DNA of 64,000 nt, taken from an uncultured Bacteroidales bacterium. Lineage in GTDB: Bacteria > Bacteroidota > Bacteroidia > Bacteroidales > VadinHA17. The stretch lies in the NCBI GenBank assembly GCA_963789465.1, contig CAWBLL010000019.1, forward strand, positions 580,787-644,786, in the 5' to 3' direction. The notes beneath the pieces are model-generated. The model worked only from the letters and a program-made list of their open reading frames with translations. It made no database searches and was not told the origin of the DNA. Shown piece by piece: positions 30,953 to 41,390 of the stretch. How positions within the stretch are numbered: position 1 is the first letter of the stretch; each line of letters starts with the position of its first letter. The translations under genes were made by a program, and so were the position numbers.

Positions 30953-30960
30953 AAGCTTTG

Positions 30961-31665
30961 TTACAGGTTAATGCTGTAAACGGAATAGCAGGCAGCAATG
31001 CCTGCTGTTTCGCTTCTCAGCCTGCTCTGTCCAAGATGGACAGGCCGGAAGCCCATTTCTTCGGCTGCATTTATTTCAGCTGATGAGAAATCACCTTCAG
31101 GACCAATCAGTATAACGGCATCATCACCCTTCGAATAAATCTCAGCAACCTTCATTCGTCCTGATGTTTTATTGCAATGTGCTATCATCTTCATTCCACC
31201 CTGTTTACTTTCGATAAAATCACTGAACAGGCAGGGCTCATTCAGCCTGGTAAGAGTTGATTTCAACGACTGTTTCATTGCAGATATGATCAGGTTCTTG
31301 ATCCTCTCCCTCTTAATGCCCTGTTTTTCAGTATTGGTGCAGATAACTGGTGTTATTTCATCAACGCCTATCTCAACACTTTTTTCTATGAACCATTCAA
31401 ACCGCTCATGATTTTTGAGCGGAGAAATCGCAATGTGGAGTTTGTAATTACGCTTTTCGAAATCCCTGATGACTCCCGTAATTTCCAGGGAACACTTCTT
31501 CGGATCTGGATTGACTATTACAGCTTCATAGAGGTTCCCCTTTCCATCGATTACCCTTACTGCAGCACCTCTTTTCATCCTGAGTACCCGGATGCAATGA
31601 CCCGACTCTCTCTCATCAAGAATATATTCATTGCCAGAAATGTCGGGTGCATAATATATCTGCAT
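30961..31665 (-). CDS. rsmE: 16S rRNA (uracil1498-N3)-methyltransferase
   Basis: An internal ATG at 31665 gives MQIYYAPDISGNEYILDERESGHCIRVLRMKRG...IAISPLKNHERFEWFIEKSVEIGVDEITP...ILIGPEGDFS..E......GF..V.LG.SRLRSETAG. Confidence 0.88.
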   Translation of the reverse strand: MQIYYAPDISGNEYILDERESGHCIRVLRMKRGAAVRVIDGKGNLYEAVIVNPDPKKCSLEITGVIRDFEKRNYKLHIAISPLKNHERFEWFIEKSVEIGVDEITPVICTNTEKQGIKRERIKNLIISAMKQSLKSTLTRLNEPCLFSDFIESKQGGMKMIAHCNKTSGRMKVAEIYSKGDDAVILIGPEGDFSSAEINAAEEMGFRPVHLGQSRLRSETAGIAACYSVYSINL

Positions 31666-31819
31666 GTATAAATGTTTGCACAAAATTAGAGAAAAATTGC
31701 ATAAGATTTGAATCTTATTCTTCACCTTTGTGTTACCAGGGAATTGGAGTGACGGGAAAACTCAGGCTTCAGCCGAAGCCTGGGTTGAAATATAATAATC
31801 ATATAGAAAAATATCACTT

Positions 31820-32329
31820 ATGAAAATAGGTCTGTTATCTGATACTCATGGCTGGATCCATCCCAGTCTGCCGGAATATCTTGATTCATGCGATGAGATA
31901 TGGCATGCAGGTGATATTGGTGGCATGGAGATTGCTGATACTCTCGCAGCAATCAAGCCTCTTCGGGCAGTATATGGCAATATCGATGGGGATAAGGTCA
32001 GAAGAAGCTATAAGGAAGATCTGTTTTTCCAGGTTGGGGATTTGAAGATATGGATTACTCACATCGGTGGTATTCCAGGAAACTATGACCGGCGGATAAG
32101 AGCCGCCATTTATGAAAATCCACCCGATATTTTCATATGCGGTCATTCTCATATAGCGAAAATAATGTATGACAATAAGGCGGGGTTATTATATCTGAAT
32201 CCAGGTGCAGCCGGATATAACGGATTCCATAAATTTATGACTGCAATACGTTTCAGCATCGATGGTAAGGATATTCATGATATGGAGCTGATAGAACTTG
32301 GAGAGAGAGGACGGCACGATGTTATTTAA
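31820..32329 (+). CDS. YfcE / MJ0936-type metallophosphoesterase
   Basis: 169 aa with the motifs LLSDTHG, HAGD, YGNIDG and CGHSH. Confidence 0.85.
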   Translation: MKIGLLSDTHGWIHPSLPEYLDSCDEIWHAGDIGGMEIADTLAAIKPLRAVYGNIDGDKVRRSYKEDLFFQVGDLKIWITHIGGIPGNYDRRIRAAIYENPPDIFICGHSHIAKIMYDNKAGLLYLNPGAAGYNGFHKFMTAIRFSIDGKDIHDMELIELGERGRHDVI

Positions 32330-35300
32330 GCGGAGCTTCCTGCACTCCTGCGTCTTCAGTCATTCTGCTCAGAAAACGTTCAACACGATTCTCAACGGAA
32401 ATCATATAGGTATAGGGAGTTTTGGAATTTGAATCAGGATGCTTTCTTGCATTCTGCTTAATATTGGCTATCAGAGTGTTATAATTGTTGTTGCTCGACT
32501 GGGTCATCATGACACCTCTGAAATATGAGAAATAGTACCAGGTTGACGGGTCCGCTTTAAGATAAACATCTATCAGGTCACCGGTTCTTCTCCGCTGGAT
32601 TTCAATATAACCATCAACATATACGTTGACTGCCTGGGGCCCGATAAATCCTATCCCTATTTTCCCGGTGGACCGGAATGAAGAGGTGGATTCATTCCAG
32701 TAAAGTTTAACATCGTTGAGCAGAAGCTGATAATCGAATTCCTTAGGAAGTGTTTTTGTCGAACCGAAAAGATCCAGATCCTCTTTGAGTTGTGATGCAG
32801 CGGATACGCCTAAAAGATCTTTCATTCCCCTTACATTCAGGTCAGAATTCAGGTTAACCGGCTTTAATGAGGGTTTCAACCTGATATCCTCCGCCATCAT
32901 CTTAAGGGCGTCGGCCGAGAAAAAGAAATTGAGACCCAGGATGGCATCTATATTGACCTTTCCGGAATCGATGATTTCAGTAACACTACCTGCACTGTTC
33001 AGCTTAACCAGGTCAAAATTTGCACCGAAATTCAGATTGCCCTCACCTGTAAGGACACAATAGTTCTTATCAAATCCAACCATATTTCCCGGAATTTTAT
33101 GGTCGGCCAGTTTTTCCATCGAAGCAATCAGGTATCTGCCCCTTGCCTTCTCGTACCATAGATAGCCTTCCGAACTTACTAGTGCGACATCGCTCCATGA
33201 TTTTTTAGGTGAGAGAAACGCGGGGTAAATATGTGTTGAGTCGGTATTGATCATTGAACCTGAAAAGACAGGATTGTCATTCATATCCCTGGGTTTATCG
33301 CTTACCGGTATCATGACATTCCTCTGATCAATCTTCGATTTGAATTTAATATTGTAACTGTTAATATTGCTGCATGTGTTAATAATGCCTGCAGAGCCAG
33401 TAAATGTCAGCTGTTCAGCTCTGGAAGAAAGCATAACATCTCCTGAAAATGTAAATGCAGAACTTAACCTGAACTTTTGTTCTGCCGGTATAAACCCTAT
33501 GGCGGTCGTGGTAAGTGTATCTACATGCAGCTCAGGAAATTTTATCTCCTGTACCTCGTTATTATCATTGACATAATCATAGACAGCACTTCCGGAGTAT
33601 CTCTTCGTGGACTCAATATCGATTTTGGCCGAATGCAGTATATGCCTGTTATTAAGGGCTATAATGGCGCTGTCCAAAGGCTGGATCCTTGCTCTTCTTG
33701 TAATTGTTACTGTTCCGTTTTTAGGCTGGATTAAAGCGTCGGCAATATGGATATAGTTTATATTTTCAGCTTCAATATATTCCTGATCAAGATGATAGCT
33801 GCCCTTCCATGCAGAAAAAGTAATTGTGTCACTCTGATTATTTGTGGAAAAGAATGTAGGGTTGTCAAGATTTGCATAATTAACCCTGATTAGCTTGTCG
33901 GGAGTAAGGAGAGGTGTATTGGATTTACCTTTCTGCTCCATGCTCAGGATCCTTGTCTCCATGTTATATGTAAAGTCCGTCATGGTACAGATGTATTCCA
34001 GTTCAGGAAACTTAACCATGGAGGAATCGGTATTGAGATGGAAGTTGCTCATCCTGGTCTCAAAATTAATGCTGGTATTGGCATTCTCAGCTATGAAAGA
34101 GTAGCCATTGGCAGTAAGTGATTTCAGATTATAGTCAGCAGTATCGGCCTTTATGGAATTTCCATTGAAACTGAACTGGTTTGAAGTGATTCTTGAATTG
34201 GTCATATCAACTATTCCCGACCCGTTCATTTTTTCCGGGGTCAGTTTCAGCTTGCCGTCCAGAGTCGTACCGTTATCAAACATTCTAAATGTCTTTCCCG
34301 GAGAGTTGGATGCCAGCCATTCATCTTTATCTATCAGCCATTTGATATCAACTTTATTGCTGTTGAGCACCGGGAATAATCCGGTTGAATCTTTTTTCAT
34401 ATCAAAAGCTGCGGCAATGGTTGTCATTGAGTCCGGGAAAAACTTATATTCCCTGGAGTTGGTCAACGACGTAAGATGACTGAGTTTGCCGCTTCCAATC
34501 AATCCCATGTTACTCATGTTTATTGTATCGAACAGCCTTGCCTTGCCACCATAGAGTTCAATTCCTTCAGCGGGAATTGTCATGTTGAATCCAAAAGAAT
34601 TATTTTCCAGAATTATCAGACGCTGCCGTGTAGGCTTAAGTATACCGCCTCCTACAAATTCCCCCGAGAGATCCATATCTTCTACATTAAAATGATCGAT
34701 ATCCTTATAACTATATGGATCAACCTTAAAATAAAAATCCTTCTGTTTATAGATGCCTTCGAGTCCTGGGATCTTATCGTAAAAGATATAGGAATAGGCA
34801 TTTGTACTTATTATAGGATATTCTTTGAAGCTTTTAAGTCCTGATTTATTATTTGGCTTGTCAATCAATAATTCAGCAGAGCCTTTCTGCAGAATATTGT
34901 TTACCTGTTTTGAAACAGGATTTCCGTAGAGATCCATTCTGTCAGTCTCTACTGCTACCCGGATGGAGTCTATCCGTCCCAGCCTCAGGTTGAAAGTATC
35001 GTAGCTGAATGTAACATTATGGGCAAAAATAGTAAAAAGACCTGCCTCCACGACTCCGTCAAACTGAAGGCTTCTGTTCCTGCCAATAAGAAGCTGCTTG
35101 CCGTAAGGAAAGATAGCCACGCGCTGGGAGTCACTCAGGGCAACGCCGCTAACTCCGTTGACAGTTATCTTATAATCAGACAGATCGAGGATAGCATTAT
35201 CTGTGGGAGTTGTTGTTTCACTTAAAACAATAAGGTCATCATAGTCTTTTCTCTTTGCGTAGGAATCAATATAGTCTTTTGTTTTTTTCTTTATCGTAAC

Positions 35301-36816
35301 CTCATTATTTGCACGGTCGTAGAATATGAAACCCTTATTGGCAAGATCTATGCACAAGCCGATAACAGACTCCTCCGGTTTGTTGAGCCAACGGGCAAAT
35401 TCCGCAACAGGAAATGTTTCCGAGTAATAATATTCAGCAAACTTAAGGAGACGATTAAGGGGATGGTAATTGTCGAGCCCCATAAGGTTCAGAAAATCTT
35501 CAGAGTTGAAGTAAGATATTGATTCAAACTTAGCCCTGCCGATGGATGACCCCCTTGCCCTTGAAAGAATTATTTTTGAAGTATTCATATTCCAGGAAAG
35601 GTATTCAAAGTACATGTCCAGACCATGGTATGAATTGAAAAAAGGACTCTTGGAAATAGGGTTATTGGTTTGGAACAGGTTCACCTGCCTTGTATCGGCG
35701 ATGTATGAAAATCCGAGATTGGAATGGTAAATAGAATCCTTTTTAAGGTAAAGTGAAACAGCTGTTTCCTGGCTGTTAAGACCGGTTTTTGAGAAGAGGA
35801 ATTCTTTAGATGCGATATTAATATATAGAGTATCATTTCTGAAAAGAGTTACTCTGGCCGGGGAATAATTTTCACCTGTTCCCTTAACATTTGCTCCTTC
35901 AAAGGAGAGTCCTCCTTCATAATTGACACCCTTGAAAATATTTTCAAGGCGGAAATGCTTAGTATAAGTTATAAAAAGAGGAAAGTTGGCCTTTTCCTGT
36001 GCTCCTGAAACTGGTTGTTTTATCAGAAAGCTGTCCTAGCTCAGGCTTCTGAAAGTATGCTTTGTTGGTTAGCTTTGCAGAATCTATTGTGAAGTTGTTC
36101 TTTGAAGTATTGATCGTGTAATTTTTTATTTCGGCAAATACATCCTTTCTCTGATAACCTGCCTTTTCCCAGGTGATAATCCCTTTTGTGCCTTTAAAAA
36201 TCTGAATTTCAGGATAATATGTTCCAGTGGCATTATAAATTTCAGTACTGTCATTCTGTGAATAGCAGGTAAGCGTTGCATCCGAGATCAATACATAGAA
36301 TGTGGTGTCGTGCTCAAACTGCAACCTGCTGTCTTTTACCTTCCATCTGACGCTACCTGACTCAGAAAGTATATTTTCCTTGAGCATCGATCCGGTATTT
36401 CTGAAATACCTTATGATATTGTCACTGGAGATCCGGGGATTAAAGGCAATTTCACTTAAACCCCGGAGCCAGTTGGTAAAGAACTCATTATCTCTTTTGT
36501 AATCGATAAAATAGTTGATTGTAACAAGGAAGTCGTTGAAATGGGGATTCGGCCGCATCAGTCTGCCTGACATCTGACTGGCGATATCAACAATCATGGT
36601 CATATCGACTTTATTGAAAGCAGCGCTATCCCATCTTGTAATAAACTTATTCAGGTTCGCTTTCTGCTCTGCATTGAGGTTTGGTCCCATAAAGCTTGTA
36701 AGCTCCTGCCTGAATGTCACTATATCACCGGTGAAAGCTGATTTTACCTGTCCTGATAGACTTAATGGTATCAGGGAAAACAACATTATGAAGTAAAATA
36801 TCAGCTTTCTTGGCAT
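32322..36816 (-). CDS. Very large (~1498 aa) secreted protein of unknown function, one frame break between 35962 and 36040
   Basis: ATG 36816 gives the signal peptide MPRKLIFYFIMLFSLIPLSLSGQ. The 285-aa ORF ends at 35959, but the +1 frame is open from 36033 and continues (QEKANFPLFITYTKHFRLENIFKGVNYEGG...) without a stop into the 1120-aa ORF ending at 32322. No catalytic motif recognised. Confidence 0.7.
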
Positions 36817-36833
36817 ATGAAATTGTTGATTGT

Positions 36834-37592
36834 TTATAAAGCTTCCACAATCGCTGTAAAATCCTCTTTCTTAAGCGATGCTCCGCCAATAAGGCCACCG
36901 TCGACATCCGGCTTCGAAAATATTTCAGCAGCATTTGATGGCTTGCAGCTTCCTCCATACAGTATAGGCAGCTTTTTTGCGCAATCATTTCCATATTTCT
37001 CCTTAACAAGGTCACGGATATATTTATGCATCTCCTGTGCCTGATCAGGGGAGGCCGTCAATCCGGTTCCTATCGCCCAGACAGGTTCATAAGCAAGCAC
37101 TATCATATCCATTTGTTCTTCAGTAAGCGTGAACAATCCTTCTTCCAGCTGTCTCTTAACGATCACGAAATGTTTTTCAGATTCTCTCTCGTTCAATGAT
37201 TCTCCACAGCAAAAGATCACTTTCAGGCCGCTGTTGATAGCCAGTAATGTCTTTTTATTAAGAAGCTTGTCGTCTTCCTGATAATAACTTCTCCTTTCTG
37301 AATGTCCTATGATAACATATTCGGCACCTGTGCTTTTTACCATCCAGGCGGAAACTTCACCCGTATATGCTCCTGAGGCTTCAGAAGCACAGTTCTGAGC
37401 ACCGAGGGCAACCTTGCCATGCTTTAAAATTTCAGCGGCACCTGCAAGATGAATGAAAGGAGTGCACATTATAACCAATCCCCGTTCCGATGGTTTTTCC
37501 CTGAAGTATTTATCTACTGAAGCCGCAAATTTCAGCCCTTCCGACAGATCCATATTCATTTTCCAGTTACCTGCAACAATCTTTTTTCTCAT
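36834..37592 (-). CDS. tpiA: Triose-phosphate isomerase
   Basis: An internal ATG at 37592 gives MRKKIVAGNWKMN...GAQNC...GAYTGEVS...IIGHSERR...CCGE...AYEPVWAIGTG...ILYGGS. Confidence 0.93.
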   Translation of the reverse strand: MRKKIVAGNWKMNMDLSEGLKFAASVDKYFREKPSERGLVIMCTPFIHLAGAAEILKHGKVALGAQNCASEASGAYTGEVSAWMVKSTGAEYVIIGHSERRSYYQEDDKLLNKKTLLAINSGLKVIFCCGESLNERESEKHFVIVKRQLEEGLFTLTEEQMDMIVLAYEPVWAIGTGLTASPDQAQEMHKYIRDLVKEKYGNDCAKKLPILYGGSCKPSNAAEIFSKPDVDGGLIGGASLKKEDFTAIVEAL

Positions 37593-37622
37593 AAAATTCA
37601 ATTTTTTAAAATTATTATAATT

Positions 37623-37630
37623 CAAAGGTA
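37623..37630 (-). promoter_or_regulatory. Bacteroidota-type -7 box (TACCTTTG on minus strand) upstream of tpiA
   Basis: The plus strand reads CAAAGGTA, 31 nt upstream of the tpiA ATG. Confidence 0.4.
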
Positions 37631-37654
37631 CAAATCATTAAAGGTTTCAGAGCA

Positions 37655-38774
37655 TCACCTGTTTAAGCTTTGCTTTACCAGGCCACCAAACCATTCTTTG
37701 TCGGGGCAGCCTGCCGATGACCATTTATCTTTTATAACACCATCTTTAAGAAGCATATACCCCGGATTAGCCCTGACCATCGTTTTCAATGTCGTCTCAT
37801 CCGTCGAACAGAAAATGAGCCCGTTGTCAAAACTTTTTACCTCTTCGCTGCCTGACGCCGTAAGAATCAAAAAATTAATCCCTAATGATGAACAGTATCT
37901 TCCGAGATCAAATCCTTCCTCAAGATGAGTTCTCGTAGCCTCTTTAAGTTTTTTGGTGACCATTAACAATGTATACCCCGTATCTGTCAGTATTTTTTGT
38001 GTAAGATCCTCACCATCAGGTCCGTTAATACTGAAATCGTGTATGGGAGGGGTGTATCCCCTGCTTATTAGAACGGATTTCTGGTCAATAAATTTCCAGG
38101 AAGTATCATTTGCAGGATAGTTTTCAAGCGAAAACTCTTTCTGTTGTCCATCCTTTTCATAAATAAAAGTCGTATTGTAAATATCTGCCTTAGCACCCAC
38201 CGGAATGACCATTTTATCGGCAATTTTAACGCCGGTTTTGTATGGCAGAAAGTCAATGACCGGCAGGTACCTGAGGTTGAATATGTTAAACAGGATGAAG
38301 ATTGCAGCTGCCAGGGTGACCATTAACCATTCGGTCGATGTTTTGAAAAGTTGTATAGATTGTTTCATGCCTGCCATACAGAACAAATGCCGCTGCCAGC
38401 AGAATGATGTTTTTTCCGAAAGTCTGCCAGTTGGTAAGATGAATGGCATCTCCAAAGCATCCGCAATCTGAAACAGGATTCGTCAGTGCAAGAATGAATG
38501 TCAGTGGTGTGAAAATCAGCATCAGGATCATTACTGTAATTATGCCGGTTTTTTGTCTTATGCCTGAGAGAACCGACAGCCCTGCAAGAAATTCTGCCGT
38601 GCATAACAATATCGCCAGAGGGAGGCCGAGACTCTTAAGAAAATTTAAATGGAAGGCCTGGAAATAGTCCTGAAACTTATATGCCGAACCCCAGGGATCA
38701 ATAGCTTTAACGGTACCCGAGAATATAAATACCAGTCCTGTAATGGTCCTGCTTAATAACCTGATTATCTTCAT
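37655..38774 (-). CDS. DoxX-like membrane domain fused to a thioredoxin-like domain (BT_3928-family architecture), frame break about 38340-38385
   Basis: MKIIRLLSRTITGLVFIFSGTVKAIDPWG...CGCFGD is the DoxX-like part with 4 TM segments. It continues in ORF 37655..38455 with a further TM segment and a soluble C-terminal domain. The two ORFs overlap by 170 nt in different frames. Confidence 0.7.
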
Positions 38775-38815
38775 GTCAGATGAATTTTCTTTTTTTAAGC
38801 AAACCGGAAAGAAGT

Positions 38816-39463
38816 TCAAAAATCTCCCCTGGTGGCAGCATTGTTTCCATCAGAACTGCCGCAATCTACAACCGCCAGCCTGTCGTCTGATTTGGATACT
38901 TTGAGGTACATATCCCTGACCCTGGCCTGGAAATCCAGACTCTCCTCATGAATATCCCTGGATCCGTTAAGATAGCTTCTGTCTTCTCCCGTCCTTGTCC
39001 CGGCAAGTTTCTTCTCTGTAAAGGCAAACGGTACATCGAGAAAAATATTGAGATCAGGACGGGGAATCTCAAAATGTTCAAACTCAAGTTTAAGGATCCA
39101 CTCCATTAGCTTGTCCTGTTCGGATATTTCAGTCAATTTGGCACACTGGTATGCTATATTGGAGTAGGTGTATCTGTCCAGAAGGACTATCTTTCCGCTT
39201 TTAAGCCAGCTGGTTATCATATGCGAGGCATCTTTCCTGTCGCCGGCATAAAGCATGGCTACCAGGTAGGGATCGACATCCCCTATGCTGCCGAATTCAC
39301 CTCTCAGAAATCTGGCTATCAATTCCCCGAAATAAGGTGCCCTGGTTCTGGGGAAGTGAAGATACTCACATTTATAGCCTTTATCTGAGAAGAAGTCTTT
39401 CAACAGTTTTAACTGGGTGGATTTTCCGGCACCATCGACCCCTTCTATGACAAAAAGCTTCAT
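38816..39463 (-). CDS. tmk: dTMP (thymidylate) kinase
   Basis: An internal ATG at 39463 gives MKLFVIEGVDGAGKSTQLKLLKDFF (P-loop)...LLDRYTYSNIAYQ... Confidence 0.85.
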   Translation of the reverse strand: MKLFVIEGVDGAGKSTQLKLLKDFFSDKGYKCEYLHFPRTRAPYFGELIARFLRGEFGSIGDVDPYLVAMLYAGDRKDASHMITSWLKSGKIVLLDRYTYSNIAYQCAKLTEISEQDKLMEWILKLEFEHFEIPRPDLNIFLDVPFAFTEKKLAGTRTGEDRSYLNGSRDIHEESLDFQARVRDMYLKVSKSDDRLAVVDCGSSDGNNAATRGDF

Positions 39464-39603
39464 TTTCGTATTGATTTCTTTGATTGCAAATGTAATAACC
39501 ACTCTTCAAAGAAGGAAATCTGAAGGTGTTATTGTTGAAAGAATTCGGGAGATAGTGAGTGACATTGTTTAAATTCATTAATTTAGTCAAATAAAATATT
39601 TTT

Positions 39604-40467
39604 TTGCTTTCAAAACCGAGATATATAAATGCCGGTGGTAAACTGGTCGACCTGGAGATACCAAAGGTAATGGGAGTACTTAATATTACTCCTGATTCCT
39701 TTTATAAGGATAGCAGGTATAATACTGAAGAAGATATCATTGCAGCAGCACGCAGGATGATTGGGGAAGGCGCCTCAATCCTGGATGTGGGAGGGTATTC
39801 TTCCCGTCCTGGAGCTGCCGATATAACGCCTGAAGAGGAGAGGAGGAGGGTGCTTTGGGCAATAAAGATTATAAGGAATGAATTCAGTGATGTAATAATT
39901 TCGGTCGATACTTTCAGATCGGAAATTGCTCTCGAGGCAGTATTGGAGACCGGAGCTGACATGATTAATGATATTTCGGGTGGCGATGGCGACAGTAAAA
40001 TGCACAACGCTGTGGAAAGGCTTAATGTACCGTATATTATGATGCACATGCAGGGAATACCGTCGACTATGCAGAAAAATCCCGTCTATGATGATATTGT
40101 TGCTGATATCCTGAAATATTTTGCCAAAAGAATTTTCCGGCTTAAATCGGCAGGAGTGAAAGATATAATTATTGATCCTGGATTCGGGTTTGGAAAAACA
40201 ATTGCCCATAACTTTGAACTTATGAGACACCTCGACGATCTCCTGGTTGCAGGATTGCCCATAATTGTTGGTATTTCCAGGAAATCAATGATATGGAAAA
40301 CGCTTGATGTTTCCTCTGACGAAGCTCTTAACGGAACAACAGCCATGCATACTGTTGCTCTTCTAAAAGGGGCTGATATCCTTCGGGTCCATGACGTTAA
40401 GGAAGCGGTTGAGACTATCAGGACTGGTGACAAAAATAAAAAATCTATAATATGCCTTTTCATATAA
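39604..40467 (+). CDS. folP: Dihydropteroate synthase
   Basis: VMGVLNITPDSF...GASILDVGGYSSRPGA...SVDTF...INDISGG...IIDPGFGFGKT...GISRKS...GADILRVHDV. The start codon is uncertain (TTG at 39604). The 3' end overlaps cdaA by 16 nt. Confidence 0.9.
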   Translation: MLSKPRYINAGGKLVDLEIPKVMGVLNITPDSFYKDSRYNTEEDIIAAARRMIGEGASILDVGGYSSRPGAADITPEEERRRVLWAIKIIRNEFSDVIISVDTFRSEIALEAVLETGADMINDISGGDGDSKMHNAVERLNVPYIMMHMQGIPSTMQKNPVYDDIVADILKYFAKRIFRLKSAGVKDIIIDPGFGFGKTIAHNFELMRHLDDLLVAGLPIIVGISRKSMIWKTLDVSSDEALNGTTAMHTVALLKGADILRVHDVKEAVETIRTGDKNKKSIICLFI

Positions 40468-41228
40468 CAACACTTGATATAATCGATATTGTGCTGGTAG
40501 CTTTTATTATGTTCCAGATCTACAGGCTTATAAGAGGAACCGCAGCATTCAGCATTTTTATCGCGATCTTCTTTATCTACCTCTTCTGGCTGATTGTGAA
40601 GGCTCTAAATATGGAGTTGATAACCGGTTTGCTCGGACAGGTCATGGGTGTCGGTGTCATCGCTCTTATTATTGTATTTCAGCAGGAGCTCAGGCGATTT
40701 CTCCTTGCTATTGGTAATAGATATGTCTTCCGAAGCAGATTTTCATTAGGCAGGCTCTTTTTTCCTGTAAAGGATGAACAACGTAGTCCGCGTGAAGCCG
40801 AGCAGATTGTAAGAGCATGTGAATCAATGGCTTCAAAAAAGACAGGAGCTTTGATAGTGATTGGAAGGAAGAGCAGCCTGGATCTCTTTACCGACGCCGG
40901 AGAGATACTTAAGGCCCGTATTAGCGCTGAATTGCTCGAAACAATTTTTTTCAAGAATACGCCCCTTCATGATGGAGCAGTTCTCATTGAAGGTGATATA
41001 ATCCTGGCTGCACGATGTCCTCTGCCCATAACCGATCAGGTGTCGCTGCCTCCTCATTTTGGGATGCGTCACAGAGCAGCAGTTGGCATGTCAGAGCATT
41101 CAGATGCACTTGTAGTTGTTGTTTCCGAAGAATCTGGTTTCATTACAGTCGTAAATAACGGGATTATAAGGGAAAATATTACGCCTAATGAGCTGAGAAA
41201 TATACTTCTAATGGAGAAAATATGGTAG
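40452..41228 (+). CDS. cdaA: Diadenylate cyclase CdaA (three N-terminal TM helices plus a DAC domain)
   Basis: 258 aa: ...GALIVI...LHDGAVLIEGD.I.AA.C.LP...GMRHRAAVGMSE.SDALVVVVSEE.G contains the DGA and RHR motifs of the DisA_N/DAC domain. Confidence 0.9.
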   Translation: MPFHITTLDIIDIVLVAFIMFQIYRLIRGTAAFSIFIAIFFIYLFWLIVKALNMELITGLLGQVMGVGVIALIIVFQQELRRFLLAIGNRYVFRSRFSLGRLFFPVKDEQRSPREAEQIVRACESMASKKTGALIVIGRKSSLDLFTDAGEILKARISAELLETIFFKNTPLHDGAVLIEGDIILAARCPLPITDQVSLPPHFGMRHRAAVGMSEHSDALVVVVSEESGFITVVNNGIIRENITPNELRNILLMEKIW

Positions 41229-41234
41229 GAGACA

Positions 41235-41361
41235 GGCATCAGGCATTGGGCATCAGGCATTGGGGAAGAATTACACCTGACCAGGGACCCCTTACACCTT
41301 TTAAGCCTTACGCCTTACACCTTACACCTTACACCTTACACCTTACACCTTACGCCTTACG
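41235..41361. repeat. Two-block heptamer tandem repeat: 4 x GGCATYR (41235-41262), a 43-nt spacer, then 8 x CCTTACR (41306-41361)
   Basis: Read directly from the sequence: GGCATCA GGCATTG GGCATCA GGCATTG, then CCTTACG, 5 x CCTTACA and 2 x CCTTACG. A degenerate CCTTACA sits at 41289-41295. It fills the cdaA-SDR intergenic region. Confidence 0.9.
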
Positions 41362-41390
41362 CCTTTTACGTACTATAGGTATTAAAGCAG

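Noticed and set aside
41235-41361. Could the short tandem repeats be a CRISPR array?
   Set aside because: The period is 7 nt with no spacers, there are no cas genes in the window, and the units are far shorter than CRISPR repeats.
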